Source: Campylobacterota bacterium (GTDB lineage Bacteria; Campylobacterota; Campylobacteria; Campylobacterales; Sulfurovaceae). From it: 51,415 bases of DNA. Location: contig VCAW01000040.1 of assembly GCA_013607775.1 (NCBI GenBank), forward strand, positions 1-51,415, given 5' to 3'. A program made the position numbers and the translations under genes. The notes beneath the pieces were generated by a model, which worked only from the letters and a program-made list of their open reading frames with translations, had not been told where the DNA came from and made no database searches. Shown here one piece after another: positions 1 through 12,450 of this stretch. The number at the start of each line of letters is the position of its first letter. Position 1 is the stretch's first letter.

Positions 1-101
1 ACCCATTTCCACTAATTAAATAATCTGTATAAAGTTCTATGTAGTCTGTTTGTTTTCTCATATGTTATTATACTATGTTTTTGTAAAGTCCGTAAGGTCA
101 G
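1..101 (-). mobile_element. End of an insertion sequence carrying the 5' part of a probable IS701-family transposase gene
   Basis: Minus-strand ATG at 61 reads MRKQTDYIELYTDYLISGNG off the window edge, resembling the LYxDYLI N-terminus I associate with IS701-type transposases. TATAAT at 67-72 just upstream. The segment starts abruptly (CTGACCTTACGG) and supplies the TGA stop of the TMEM43 gene. Confidence 0.65.
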
Positions 102-922
102 TTAAAAATTGTTTGTGCAGAGACACGTCCCTGTCTTGCAAAAATAAACTCTTTTCCATTTTCTGTTGTGTATGGAGCTAATGACTGAGAAATCTGTTTT
201 GCTGCAAAGGTATAGACACCTGCAGGGGCATAGGTATAGGTAATTTTAATATCACCAATATTTGGCTGGTTAGGGTCGAGTCCAAGATACAAAAAGGTCT
301 TATAATTCTTTGCTACACCCAAATTATCTGGCATCCCTGCCAAGCCATTATAAGGCAGAGAAGTACCTATATGACTCACCACATATTTATCTAAATAAAA
401 GTCTCCCAATTGAGCGTCTGTAGTAAAAGTATCACCATGACGTGTCATAAGAGGATTTTGATGACCTTCAGGATGTTTAAAATCTGCAGAATTATTTGAA
501 AAGGAAGACCACTCTTTTACATAGGTATAGGTAGTTACAGTCTCTGTTCCACCACCCAGTTTATCTTGGCTTTTGCTTTCAGTCTTCTCTTTCCATTGAT
601 ACATAGATACATTTTTATGTAAAATAAGACCATCACTTTTCACGGCAAACTCGGGGTCAACAAGTTCTGAGAGAGGTTTTACTGAACCTTGTAAAAGTAC
701 CGCCTTGCCATCATTCTTAGCATCATAACGTGTATCAGGCAGCGTAACTATATTTTTTTGCATCTCCTCAAGGGCTGTAGCCTGTGCAACACTTCTACCC
801 TCATTCCACCACAGTAAGATAATAGACCCTATGAGTAAAATCAACCCAACAAAAATACCCTTAAAAGAGTTTCCTATATTTTGTCCATAACTTGTATAAC
901 TTGTTTCTGTAAATTTATCCAT
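98..922 (-). pseudogene. TMEM43/LUMA (DUF1625) family membrane protein, C-terminally truncated
   Basis: N-terminal TM helix then LLWWNEGR and VSMYQWKE motifs typical of TMEM43. Stops at 274 aa where the family's C-terminal TM helices should begin; stop codon lies within the putative IS end. Confidence 0.8.
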
Positions 923-934
923 CTGTCATTCTCC

Positions 935-1967
935 CTAAAAATTAAATCTATCGTCCATAGCCAAATCACCTATCATGCCCAACGCCGAGCCTTCACCTTT
1001 ATCTGAGCCACCATACTGTGGAGCCGCTGCCAACATACGTCCAGCAAGTCTTGAGAACGGTAAAGACTGTATCCATACTTTTCCTGGGCCTCTGAGTTTT
1101 GCAAAAAAGAATCCTTCCCCACCAAAAAGCCCTGTCTTTATGCCTCCAGCCTGTTCTATCTCAAATTCTATATGCGGCTGCATTGCAACAAGACACCCAG
1201 TGTCAAGATGCATTGTTTCTCCTTCTTGAAGTTCAATCTCTTTTAGCATCCCTCCTGCATGGATAAATGCCATCCCATCACCTTCAAGCTTCTGCATAAT
1301 AAACCCCTCACCACCAAAAAGTCCAGTCAAAATTTTCTTTTGAAAATAGATACCTATAGAGACTCCTTTTGCAGCACATAAAAAAACAGTCTTTTTGGCA
1401 AATAAGTGTACCACCCATCTCTTCAAGATTCACAGGAATAATACGTCCAGGATAAGGAGCACCAAAAGCAACCGTTGCCTTATCTGTACCTGTATGGGTA
1501 AAAACTGTTGTAAATAGACTCTCACCCGTGACTAAACGCTTTCCTGCTCCCACAAGCTTATCAAACAATCCACCTGTATCCTCTTTGGAACCAGAACCAT
1601 CACCAAAAACTGTATCCATCATAATATGACTGTTTTTATACATCATTGCCCCAGCCTCAGAGATAGCACTCTCACCAGGGTCTAACTCTATCTCAACATA
1701 TTGGATGTCATTACCAAAAATAGTATAGTCTATCTCATCGGCAGCATTTAAGCTACTGCCTTGTGCACGTAATGGAGGAGAAAAAGTTGTATTGGTTGTC
1801 GTAGATGTTAATTCTGGTACTTCCACAATGGGCTTCCAAGCAGAAAACCCCTCTGTCCAGGCATATCCGTTGGCATTCTCTTGCACATACTGTAAAGCTT
1901 CAGCAGTCGATATAGAACCATATTTCTCACCACTGTCATACTCTAAAAACCATTGTGTACTCATCAT
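935..1967 (-). pseudogene. TIGR00266/AIM24 family protein with N-terminal GYF_2 (DUF4339)-like domain, split by a frameshift
   Basis: ORFs 1308..2015 and 935..1426 join if the A7 run at 1380-1386 loses one base, restoring QKDCFLCAAKGV. AIM24 motifs AEAGAMMY-like, GLFGGEGF, LRGPGKVWIQSLP. N-terminus has WFL...YG and AWTEGFSAWKPI. AAGGA RBS precedes ATGs at 1967/1964. Confidence 0.8.
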
Positions 1968-2022
1968 CACATCCTTCATATAATATTTATATATTATAAT
2001 CAGCATCCGTGTCAAAAATGTG

Positions 2023-2169
2023 TCAAATCAATGGATATAGTATCTTCAATTCTTCAATATCGTCTTTTCTAAAATATTTACCAAGTGTCTTAGTGATGAC
2101 AAGAGCAGCAACAAATGCAAGTAAAATCATCGCCACTGTATATCCAGCATGTAAAATATCTATCTTCAT
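2023..2169 (-). CDS. Small single-pass membrane protein (48 aa), not in the ORF track
   Basis: [48 protein letters not shown]; ATGA overlap with the ABC ATPase stop, AGAGG RBS, one hydrophobic helix followed by basic residues. Confidence 0.65.
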   Translation of the reverse strand: MKIDILHAGYTVAMILLAFVAALVITKTLGKYFRKDDIEELKILYPLI

Positions 2170-2816
2170 GCTTCCTCTTTTAAAACTTTGTCTTCAAGTC
2201 TATAGGTTTTGTCACAGCGTGTTGCCATGCTTGCATCATGTGTGACAAGTAAGAGGGCTGCACCTGTCTCTTTAGTGTAGTCCAAAAGCACATCCATCAC
2301 AAGTTCTGCTGTCTCTTTGTCGAGGTTACCTGTGGGCTCATCAGCAAAAATGATACGTGGTTTCTTACTAAGAACTCTAGCAATAGATACACGCTGTTGT
2401 TGTCCACCAGAGAGTTCCCCTACCTTTTTACTCATAAGCTCTTTGATTTCAAGTTTTTCCAAAATAGTATCTTCAATGACTTCACCACTTAACATACTTG
2501 CCACTTCAATGTTATCCATCGCAGACATCCCCTTAAACAGATAATGAAACTGAAAGATAATCCCCACATCATAACGACGTAAAGCCTCTATCTCATCATC
2601 ATCTAAAGTGTATAGATCTTTTCCAAAAAGTGTCACTTTCCCTTCGTCTGGCTTCATAAAAGTTGAAAAAATATGAAGTAAAGTAGATTTTCCAGAACCA
2701 CTACGACCCACAATCGCTGCACTCTCATATGCTGCCAAAGTAAAATCAATATCTGTAAAAAGTGTATAGTCAAAACTATGCGAAACGTCACTGGCTTCTA
2801 AAAGAAATTGAGACAT
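2166..2816 (-). CDS. ABC transporter ATP-binding protein (LolD/MacB-like stand-alone ATPase)
   Basis: Walker A GRSGSGKS, signature LSGGQQQR, Walker [14 protein letters not shown]-loop VTHD; no TM domain. Confidence 0.93.
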   Translation of the reverse strand: MSQFLLEASDVSHSFDYTLFTDIDFTLAAYESAAIVGRSGSGKSTLLHIFSTFMKPDEGKVTLFGKDLYTLDDDEIEALRRYDVGIIFQFHYLFKGMSAMDNIEVASMLSGEVIEDTILEKLEIKELMSKKVGELSGGQQQRVSIARVLSKKPRIIFADEPTGNLDKETAELVMDVLLDYTKETGAALLLVTHDASMATRCDKTYRLEDKVLKEEA

Positions 2817-2926
2817 AATAAGCCTTAAAATAAATTAGGCATATTTTAACATAAAAAATACGTCATATGTATTTAAGAAGGATTATCCTATCATTTAGAA
2901 ATATTTTTCTGCAAGGGCATTCATAT

Positions 2927-4477
2927 ATGAAACTTAACATTGTTTTAAGCATACTTATGGGACTTATACCCCTCTATATATCAGCTGATTAATTACCATC
3001 TATCATTGAGAATGTACTTGATACAAACCCTATCGTTAAAGAGCGCTTATACTACTATGAAGTGACAAAATCCGAAATAGGCATTGCAAAATCAGGCTAT
3101 TATCCCAGTGTTGATTTAGAATCCTCAATTGGTAGAAAAACAACCGGTAGAGTAGATAATAATATTAGTAGCGAAACATACAATGTCTTTCAAAACTCTT
3201 TAAAGTTAAAACAAAATATTTTCAATGGTTTTTATACCAACGAAACTGTCAAGTATCAAAAAATGCGTACCCTCTCTGCCTCCTATAGCTATTTAAGTAA
3301 AGTCAATGATATAGCACTCAAAGTGGTAAACGCCTATATACAGGTTCAACAAGAAAAAGCATTATTGGAAAATAGTAAACTAAATGTTAAACATAATGAT
3401 ACTACATATAAAAGAGTTCAAAAAGCCTATAAGGCAGGACTTTCTACCTTTTCGGAAGTAAGCAAGATTCATGCTTCTTTATCTTTAGCAAAATCCAATC
3501 TTATGCTACAACAAAACAAACTTCTTGTAGCAAAACATCGATTTAGAAAAGTGGTAGGCAAAGAGATAGGTCCCGAAGCATTAGAAAAGCTCCCCTCAAA
3601 CTTAATACTTCCCGAAACACAAAAAAAAGCAGAAGACTACGCATTGGAATACAGTCCGACAATTCTCGCAGGGAAATACAATATTCAAGGAGCGAAGGCA
3701 CTATATCAGCAATGTAAAAGTGCTTTCTATCCTAAAGTTGATCTTGAATTAAGTCAAAACTATAATGAAAACTATAATGAATTTATCGGGGTTGATGATC
3801 GTACACAAGGCTTAGTTGTTCTTAGTTACAATCTCTACAATGGTGGTGCAGATGAGATAAAAAGAGTGCAGTCTCTTTCAAAGATAGATCAAGAAGTTTC
3901 ATTAACCAATGACCTTAAGAGAGAGGTAGTACTCAACGTTCAGTTGGCTTGGAGTTCTTACGAACTTGCACTGAATCAACTTCCATTTCTTAAAGAATAT
4001 CAAAGAGAAAGTCAAAAAACATTGACACTGCATAACAATGAATATCAATTGGGAAAACGCTCTCTTCTAGATCTCATTACTGCTGAAAATGATTTAAAAC
4101 GTGCCAACGATGAGATTATTTATGCAAGCTATGGTCTGATACAAGCGAAATACAGCATTATGCATGCTATGGGGCTAATTGTTATTGCGATTATGAACAA
4201 TGAAACACTCTATTACAGACGTGTAGGTATTGATACCTATACAAAACCTTCTCCTGCTAAAATGGCACAAAAAAAAGACTATAAAACCTTATCACTTGCA
4301 ATGGAAGAAGAAGCAGATAATTCTAAAAACAACCTAGATACACAGGAGATAGAAGAAAGAAAGCTGACAACTACAGCTATATCAAAACATATAGATAAAA
4401 AGCAGCATACAGAAGAACCATCTTCCCTTAGTCAAATGATCAAATCTCTTTCAACCATACACTGGAAATCAAGATAG
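2927..4477 (+). pseudogene. TolC-family outer-membrane channel (type I secretion, LapE/AggA-like) with a nonsense mutation
   Basis: ATG 2927 gives signal peptide MKLNIVLSILMGLIPLYISAD, then in-frame TAA at 2990-2992, then the same frame continues into ORF 3062..4477. OEP motifs SGYYPSVDL, SAFYPKVDL, YNLYNGG, GKRSLLDL. Confidence 0.85.
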
Positions 4478-7400
4478 CGATTCCGGTGTATTTAAAATAT
4501 CTACCAACAATGAACTACTTTGTGTACCATGATGCATCGTCTGAGAAGCTTTTGCTTTGTGTACAAGTTGACGACTTTTTGTACTTGCAAGATACGTAGT
4601 CATCTCTCTAGCGGGCAATGGCTTTGAGATAAAATACCCCTGCACAGCATCACAACCCAAATCACTTAATGTAGAGAGTTGAGTTTCATGTTCCACACCC
4701 TCACATACCACAGAAATATCTATATTATGACACAGACCGATTAAACCACTTACGATAGATACAGAATGAATATTGCTAGGAAAGTCAGCCATCAAAGAAC
4801 GATCAATTTTTATCAGACCAATAGGAAAATTTTGTAAATAAGATAGAGAAGAATAGCCTGTACCAAAATCATCTAATGCAATCATAAATCCTGCATTATG
4901 TAATCCATATATTGCCTCAGTAATATAAGTATATTTTTTTAATAAGGCTGTTTCTGTTAATTCAAAAACTATATCATGAGGAAAAAGACCTTCTTCTCTC
5001 ACTATTTTAACAATTTCATCTACAAGATTTTTTTCATAAAACTGAATAGCAGATAGATTAATCGATATTTTTAAGTTCGGATGTCCATTTTTTTGCCAAA
5101 TCCGTAATTGATGACATGATTTTTCTATCACCCATCGACCTATCTCTTTAATACTCCCTGCATGTTCAGCTATATTGACAAAAAGATCTGGCGATACAAG
5201 TCCTAACTCTGGATGTTTCCACCGTAAGAGTGTTTCTACTTTTTCAATGCTCCCTGTTTCCAAGGTAATATTATAGGCTGAAAATTTAGGTACAGTTCAT
5301 CTCTTTCCAATGCCAAATGTAACTGACTTTCCAACTGTAATGCTCTTTTAGCATTAATATTCATCTCTTTATTGTAAAAAAGAAATTCTCCTCTTCCTTT
5401 TTCTCGAGCATCAACCAATGCCATTTTTGCATGATTTAGTAAAGCATCAACTTCTTGGGCATCACTAGGATAGATACTTATACCTACATTTGCTGTCATA
5501 ACAATCTCATGTCCATCAATTTCTACAGGTATATTTAAGACTTGCATCATACGATATACCGCCCAAGTGATATCTGCATCATTTTGAATACTTGGAAGAA
5601 TAGAGATAAATTCACTGTCAGAAACGCGTGATAAACTAACCGCATTATTGGTATCTACCGAAGGAAGGACAGAGTCAGATAAACGGAAGGTTTCCATTAG
5701 ACGATCAGAAGCAATTTTTTTAAGTTTTCGTGCAATGTTATGCCCAAAGCATTATTTGTCATTTGAATTGTATCTATAAATATATTGAGTACAGCCAAAT
5801 GCCTTTTTTCTCTTTGTGCCAGTCTTTGTGCTTGTGTTAAACGGTCTAAGATAAGTGCATATTCAGAGTCTTCACAAATACCCAAATGATGTGTAGAATC
5901 TTCTTCCTTATCTTTCGTAGTTACTTGTTTTACAATTGAAGATACTGTTGTCTATCTTCTTTCACTTGGCATCATCTGTTTTGCATGAGAATCTATTTCT
6001 TCACTATTTTCATTATAGGCAATGACTCTATTTCGTCCTGTTTGCTTAGCTGTATAAAGTGCTTTATCTGCAAGATCTATCAGTTTATCTGCTTCCCATA
6101 CTTGATGCTCCTCAGTACAGGCAACACCAAAACTGGAAGTAACATTTAAGCCTTCATTAATCTTCCCAAAATCATAATTTTCAACTGCTACACGTATTTG
6201 TTCTGCTCTTTCAAGCGCTTTATTTAAATGAGTATTAGGAAATACTATTACAAATTCCTCACCACCATAACGACTTACAAGGTGATCTTGAGACACTTCA
6301 GATTGCAAAATATCTGCAAATGTACGTATAACCTTATCTCCTACACTATGTCCATATGTATCATTCACTGATTTAAAAAAGTCTATATCCAAAATAACAC
6401 AAGAGAGCGCACGTTCTTGTTCTCTTGCTTCACGCAATAACTGATGTAAACTTTGAAACAATGCACGTCTGTTTAATAAATTGGTTAAAGGATCATGCGT
6501 CGATAATTGTAATAGTTTTCCATTCTGACGCTCAATCTCCTCTTGACTCGTTTTTAATCGCTCCAAAATATGATTTAATTCTTTGTTTTTTCTCTCCAGT
6601 GTTGTCACATCGTCTATTGTAACAATCACACCTTTTAATTTTTGATTCGCTACTTTAATAGGTGCCACACTTATATCTAAAGTCAATATCGTATCTTGCT
6701 CTGTCTTCATTCTAAATGTTTTTGTATCAGGTATCTCTTTGGTCTCAAGTAAATAGTTCCATGGTAAACTATGTTCTCCCAATATTTTTTCTTCATTTTC
6801 ATCTTCCCAGGAGAGATGCGATAATTGTTTTCCCATTAAACGATCTTCAGATAAATGGACTTTTTCTTTAAATGCATCATTTACAAATACAATACGACCT
6901 TGCGTATCTATAATAACTAAACCTTCATTCAGAACATCTAGAGCAGACCGGACACGTTCAGGCACAACTGAACTCGGATCAAGTTCACTCAATGCCCGCT
7001 TTAAAAATAACCAATAAGCAATAAATCCAAATACTGAGATAAACAATAACATAGCCGAAAAAGATCGCGCCGTAAACATGTTACTCCAGATAGTTCCTAA
7101 AGGTACAAAACTTACTTCCAGTGTACCCCAACGTGCTGCTTTCGCATAGATAGGTACTTGTATATAATTTACAGTAGAACTATCATCTTTTTGACCTTCC
7201 CAATACATATCATGCTGACTACTTTTCATAATCACTTTATCTAACACTGTAATAAGTGCGATGGAGTTTATTTGTGTATTACGTTTTACAATAGCATCCA
7301 GTAGATGTACTGCTTGACTTAAACGTTTTTCTCTTACTTCCGCTGAAATTTGAATTGCCAATGATTCTGCCATTACTTTACGGGACTGAATCTCAGATTC

Positions 7401-7526
7401 ATTTTGGTTTGGAACAATGCCAAAAAGATCTCCCATAAGCAAAAGACTGATAGTTAACAACCATAGTCCTATAGTTATACGAAGTACAGGAGAAACTTTA
7501 GGTAAAAATCTATTCCATTTCATCAT
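4469..7526 (-). pseudogene. Membrane-bound PAS-GGDEF-(degenerate GGDEF)-EAL c-di-GMP enzyme, ~1,018 aa when repaired
   Basis: Two TM helices, PAS (ALDVLNEGLVIID), DPLTNLLNRR/DIDFFK/RYGGEEF, degenerate SDSEF domain, EAL domain (VETLLRW, FELTET, LDDFGTGYSSL, EGVE, QGY). Broken by in-frame TAG 5952-5954 and frameshifts at T7 5715-5721 and ~5265-5272. Confidence 0.88.
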
Positions 7527-8380
7527 GACTTCTCTACTTCAAAAATTTGTTCTATAGACTCATCTTCATGTGAAATCACTTCATCTTCATCTTCATCTTC
7601 ATCTGTAAATATTGCAACAGGGTCAAATTCTTTCCACATAGGCATCGTAGCAAACAAACTCGCAATCAAAGAGCCTGACCGGAACAACCAGGCAACAAAT
7701 CCGGCTGTCAAAGAAAGTGTTATTCCAGAAGCAACTTCTACAGAAAAATCATTTTCATACTGTGCTTTTTCAGCATTTTCATCCATTTCTTTATACATTT
7801 TGTCCAAATCATTATAAAAATTTTCAGATTCATGATTATTAAGTACAGAAAGGAGAGAACTATCTATATTTACAGAATCTAAAGATTCCAATTCTGCCAT
7901 GTATCGCTCAGGTAACTCACTGTATGGCTGCTGAATAACAAAAACATCATTAAGATTGTCTAAATCAATTGTATCATACTCATTAGAAACCTGCTGATCA
8001 TCTACAGCTAATTCTATATGGTCTTGTACATCCTCTTCCAATAAATCTACTGTATCTGGTCTATCTATATTGCTTCCAATACTGCTGTCAAACACTATTA
8101 TATTTTCATCAAGTGGCAGCACCTCAGAGTCTTCTCCCGATGTACCTGCTGAACTTGAAAGTGATGTCCTTACAACATCAATTGTCAAGGTCTCACTATC
8201 TATCAAGTTACCCGTACCAGAATCAGTAACAGTGACCGTCACAGCCAATAAAGAACCCGTGTAATCTGACGATGGACTCCATGTAACAATCCCTGTACTT
8301 GGGTCAATATGCATACCAGCAGCCAACGATGCACTATCAAGACTATAGGTGAGTGTATTCTCCGCACCATCAACATCTGT

Positions 8381-8743
8381 TGCAGTGGCTGTAAATGTGA
8401 GGGTAGAGAGTTCATCTACATTTTGGTTCCCAATAGGGTCAAGGATTGGCGAGGTGTTGATATCATTGACGGTAATGGTAAAGGTTTCTGAGTCTACCAG
8501 ATTGCCTGTACCAGAGTCTGTCACGGTAATGGTCACGGTTGGTGTTGTACCGCCGTCAGACTCTGTTGGTGTCCAGCTAAACACACCCGTATTGGCATCG
8601 ATACTCATCCCTGCTGCTAGAGATGTGGCATCCAAGGTGAAGGTTAAGGTATCGGCTGGGATATCTGCGTCACTTGCAGTGGCTGTAAATGTGAGGATAG
8701 AGAGTTCATCTACATTTTGGTTCCCAATAGGGTCAAGGATTGG
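8381..8743 (-). repeat. Tandem 294-bp (98-aa) Ig-like repeat units with a near-identical ~69-bp core
   Basis: 8381-8449 and 8675-8743 are almost identical and encode PILDPIGNQNVDELS[T/I]LTFTATA. Confidence 0.85.
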
Positions 8744-11249
8744 AGCATCATTCACCGGTGCTACTGCTATATCAACCACCACTTCATTTGAAGTTGTCCC
8801 AACCGAATCATCTATGGTATAGGTAAAACTATCAGAGGTAGTTTCAGAACCATCATGGGAGTAACTTACCGTCCCGTCTGCATTGACAACCAAAGAACCA
8901 TTACTCGGTCCTGAGACAATAGTAATAGATGAAACATCCAAGTCACCATTAACATCTGTATCATTTGCTGCAAGATCAAGTATATTACTCGAAGAACCTT
9001 CATCAACCGTAAAACTATCTGCCACTGCGACAGGAGGATTGTTATATGCTACAGCTAAACTCAGTGCATTGATATCTTCATTGGCAGTATCGAGTCCTAC
9101 TTCATTACCTTGCATCAATAAAACTGCATTTGCAGTAGCATTACCACTACCCGCTACTAGGGTTGTAGTAGAAACATCCAAATAAAAAACATCATTTTCT
9201 GTGACAGAAAGCGCACTGTCTCCAATACCACTTTCACTGTTGTTTAATGTCAACAATATATTACCCGATGCGAGAGATGCTCTTCCAATGACAGTATTGG
9301 ACTCTATAAGTTCCAACCCTTGTATCTGCGTACCGTTACCAATATCTGAACCTTGTATAAACAGTGTCTCTGTCCCAATAGTAGTACCTGTACCCACATC
9401 ACTGGCTTCATAGAGATAGATATTTTCATGTGAACCAGCACGGGCAGCAAGCAATGAACCTGCTGTGACTACAGTATCTCCTATGGTCGTATCTTGTTCC
9501 ACCAAAGTGAACGCATGAATCTTATCAGTACCAAAAGGATCATCTAGCAGTGTAGTAAATGTACCGCTACTGTAATCTCCTGAAACATCTGCCCTAAAGA
9601 CAACGATATCCGTGTTTTGACTCGACAGTGTACTGCTATCGCTACTGGTGAAAGTCTCATTATCCTGTGTTGCAAAGAGTATGTCTCCTGCTTGAAGATT
9701 AAATGTATTTGCACCACTTCCCATGGTGATACTTTCTGTCACATAATGCATTCCTCTGACATCTGCACTACCGTCTTGAGTAAAATCATTGAGAGAAAAA
9801 GAAATATTAAAATCACCCTCTGTAGTACCAGGTGTCGTACCTGTCTCAAAATCCAACGAAGCACCGCCAAAGCTTAAGATATTTCCAGATGTCCAGCTAT
9901 CTAAACCGTTTGCACCACTTGGAGAGTTGACATCTCCATCTGTAGATAACAATAGATCAGTATCTGTAATGGGTTTTAGCACATTGATGGTCATAGTACT
10001 GTCTGCTGCCGAATCAACCATTCCATCGTTGACACTGAAAGTAAAGCTATCATAATTACCTCCGGCAGCATCTGGTATCGGCGTAAAGGTAAGCAGACCA
10101 CTGTCGATATCGGCAGCAGTGATCACTTGATCAAGGGTCACATCGGTACCAGAAAGCTGTAATGTACCCACTGTTTCCAATGTTGTGATCTTCACGCTAT
10201 TGAGAGGATCGCCATCTACATCACTGTAATTAAAATCAGATGTCACAAAAATGTAGGTACTATTTTTTCCTATACTCAGTGTATTGTCTGTACTTGTGGG
10301 AGCATCATTTATCGCTACCATAGTAACAATAGAAACCAAATTTGGCGAAGAGGTATCAACACCACCATTAAGTGTACCACCACTATCTGTTATACTACTA
10401 ATTGTAAATACACGGTCTGAAGTCGTTGGGTTTTCACTACTGTTTCTATAATTAATACTTCCACCAAGGTTTGCTATATTAGCTGGTGTTGCACCAAGTG
10501 TTGTGAGGGTTATAGTTGCCGTTGTTCCTACAAGACTCACGCTATAGTCATACCCATTGGTTGCAGATGTACCACTAACCAAGTCGGCTAAAGTAAACGT
10601 AGTACCATCAAGAGTGACTAGTTCATAGTTTCCATCTGTCACATTACTCACAGTAAACACTAATTCATCTATGCTTTGCCCAGCTTCTATAGTATCAGGT
10701 GTAACAAAACCAAAAAGTTGTACATCTGCATCCCCTTCAGTAAAAGTAGGATTATGTGATAAAGCTGTCAATGTCGGTGCATCGTTTACAGGTGTAATAA
10801 TCACCGTTGTACTACCAGTCACAGACAATGCCCCACCAGAGCCTTGTGCACCACTGTTCCCATCATCAAACGTCCAGTCTATTTGTGCTGAAGTATCTGG
10901 AGCATCACTGCTATTTGCGTAGGCTAAAGATTGTAATGTCTCATTGACCAAAGCTTGGGTGGCATTGGTATTAAAAGTTAAAACCAATGTTCCTGCACTA
11001 TTTGTAGTGATTACACCTATGTCTGTACCAGATACAGTGAGGTTTCCATTTTCAGTAAGAGTTGCGAGGTTTCCTGTTGATGAAAATGTGTCATCACTGT
11101 TTGCTGTACCAGTACGTTCTAAAGTGAGTGTTGCGCCATAAAAATTATCTGCCGCACTTAGTTCAGCATCAAAAATAGTAACGTCACTATCTAAAACAAC
11201 GGGGCTACCACCTTCTATAAAGGTTGGAGTAGCATTCAGAAAATCTGAT

Positions 11250-12450
11250 TCAAAAGTAGTGTCTAAAGTTCCATCTACATTGTAACGAACTAGTACAAAG
11301 TCAAAATCGCCCTCAGTTTCACTAAAACCAGAAATAAGGTACTTCCCATCAGCTTGAATCGTAATATCATGAGCTTGTTCTACTCCAGTACCTACAGCAA
11401 GAGTTATGATTCCATCATCACTAAAGCTAGTATCGAGGGTACCATCACTGTTGTAACGGACTATTGCGAAGTCACCATCTGTTCCATTATTGCTTTTACC
11501 TACAAGTATAATTTTCCATCATCTTGTAGTACTGCACTATAAGCAGTGTCATTATTACCTATATTTGTAGTAAGTTTTCCATCACCACTAAAAGTAGTAT
11601 CTAAACTTCCATCTGTGTTGTATCGAAGTAACGCAAAATCATTATCGACTCCATTAAAACTTGTTCCAGATACAAGTATCTTTCCATCAGGTTGTACAAG
11701 AACTGTCTGTCCAATGTCATCTCCAATGCCAAAGTCTGTAGTTACTATTCCACTACCATTAAAGTCAGTATCTAATGTTCCATCTGTGTTATATCTAAGA
11801 AGAGCTATGTCCCAGTCTGTACCATTAGAAGCATAACCTGTTACTAAAATCTTATCATCAACTTGTAAGCTAAGAGATAGGGCTACATCACTATTTGCAC
11901 TGATATCTGTATTTACTATCCCATCGCTATCAAAACTACTGTCTAAGCTGCCATCACTATTGTAACGGATGAGAGCAAAATCGGTATTAGTGCCGTTAAA
12001 ACTATATCCAGCGAGAAGAATTTTTCCATCACTCTGTAACGCAATAGAGTAACTCTCATCATTACCTGCTGTAATATCGGTAGTTACTATACCATCACTA
12101 TCAAAACTACTGTCGAGAGTACCATCGCTGTTGTAACGCATAAGAAGAAATTCATCACTTGTACCATTAGAACTAAATCCAGAAACAAAAAATTTACCAT
12201 CTGTTTGTAACGTAATATCATAAGCTATATCATTATTTACTGTAATATCGGTAGTTACTATACCATTGGTTCCAAAACTTGTATCTAAGCTTCCATCTGT
12301 ATTGTAACGGGTAATAGCAACCTCGTTACTCGTACCATTAAAACTGTATCCAGAAACGAGAACCTTACCATCGTCTTGCAAAACAAGTGCGTAAGCGCTA
12401 TCTTCACTTGAACCAATATCTGTCGTAACTATCCCATCTCCTACACCAAA
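11250..12450 (-). repeat. About seven delta-60-type repeats (probable beta-propeller) in the adhesin
   Basis: Recurring LQxDGKILxxG...RYN[T/S]DG[S/T]LD[T/S][S/T]F...G units of ~55 aa. Confidence 0.85.

Noticed and set aside
2166-2816. ABC ATPase next to TolC as the missing motor of the island's export system
   Set aside because: It is a short LolD-like ATPase with no TM or C39 domain, is intact while all island genes are broken, and appears to be the core gene normally linked to tsf. A role in trans cannot be fully excluded.
10988-11510. Apparent intergenic gap between adhesin ORFs
   Set aside because: Manual translation shows it is open and in frame with 7523..10987; it simply lacks a start codon.
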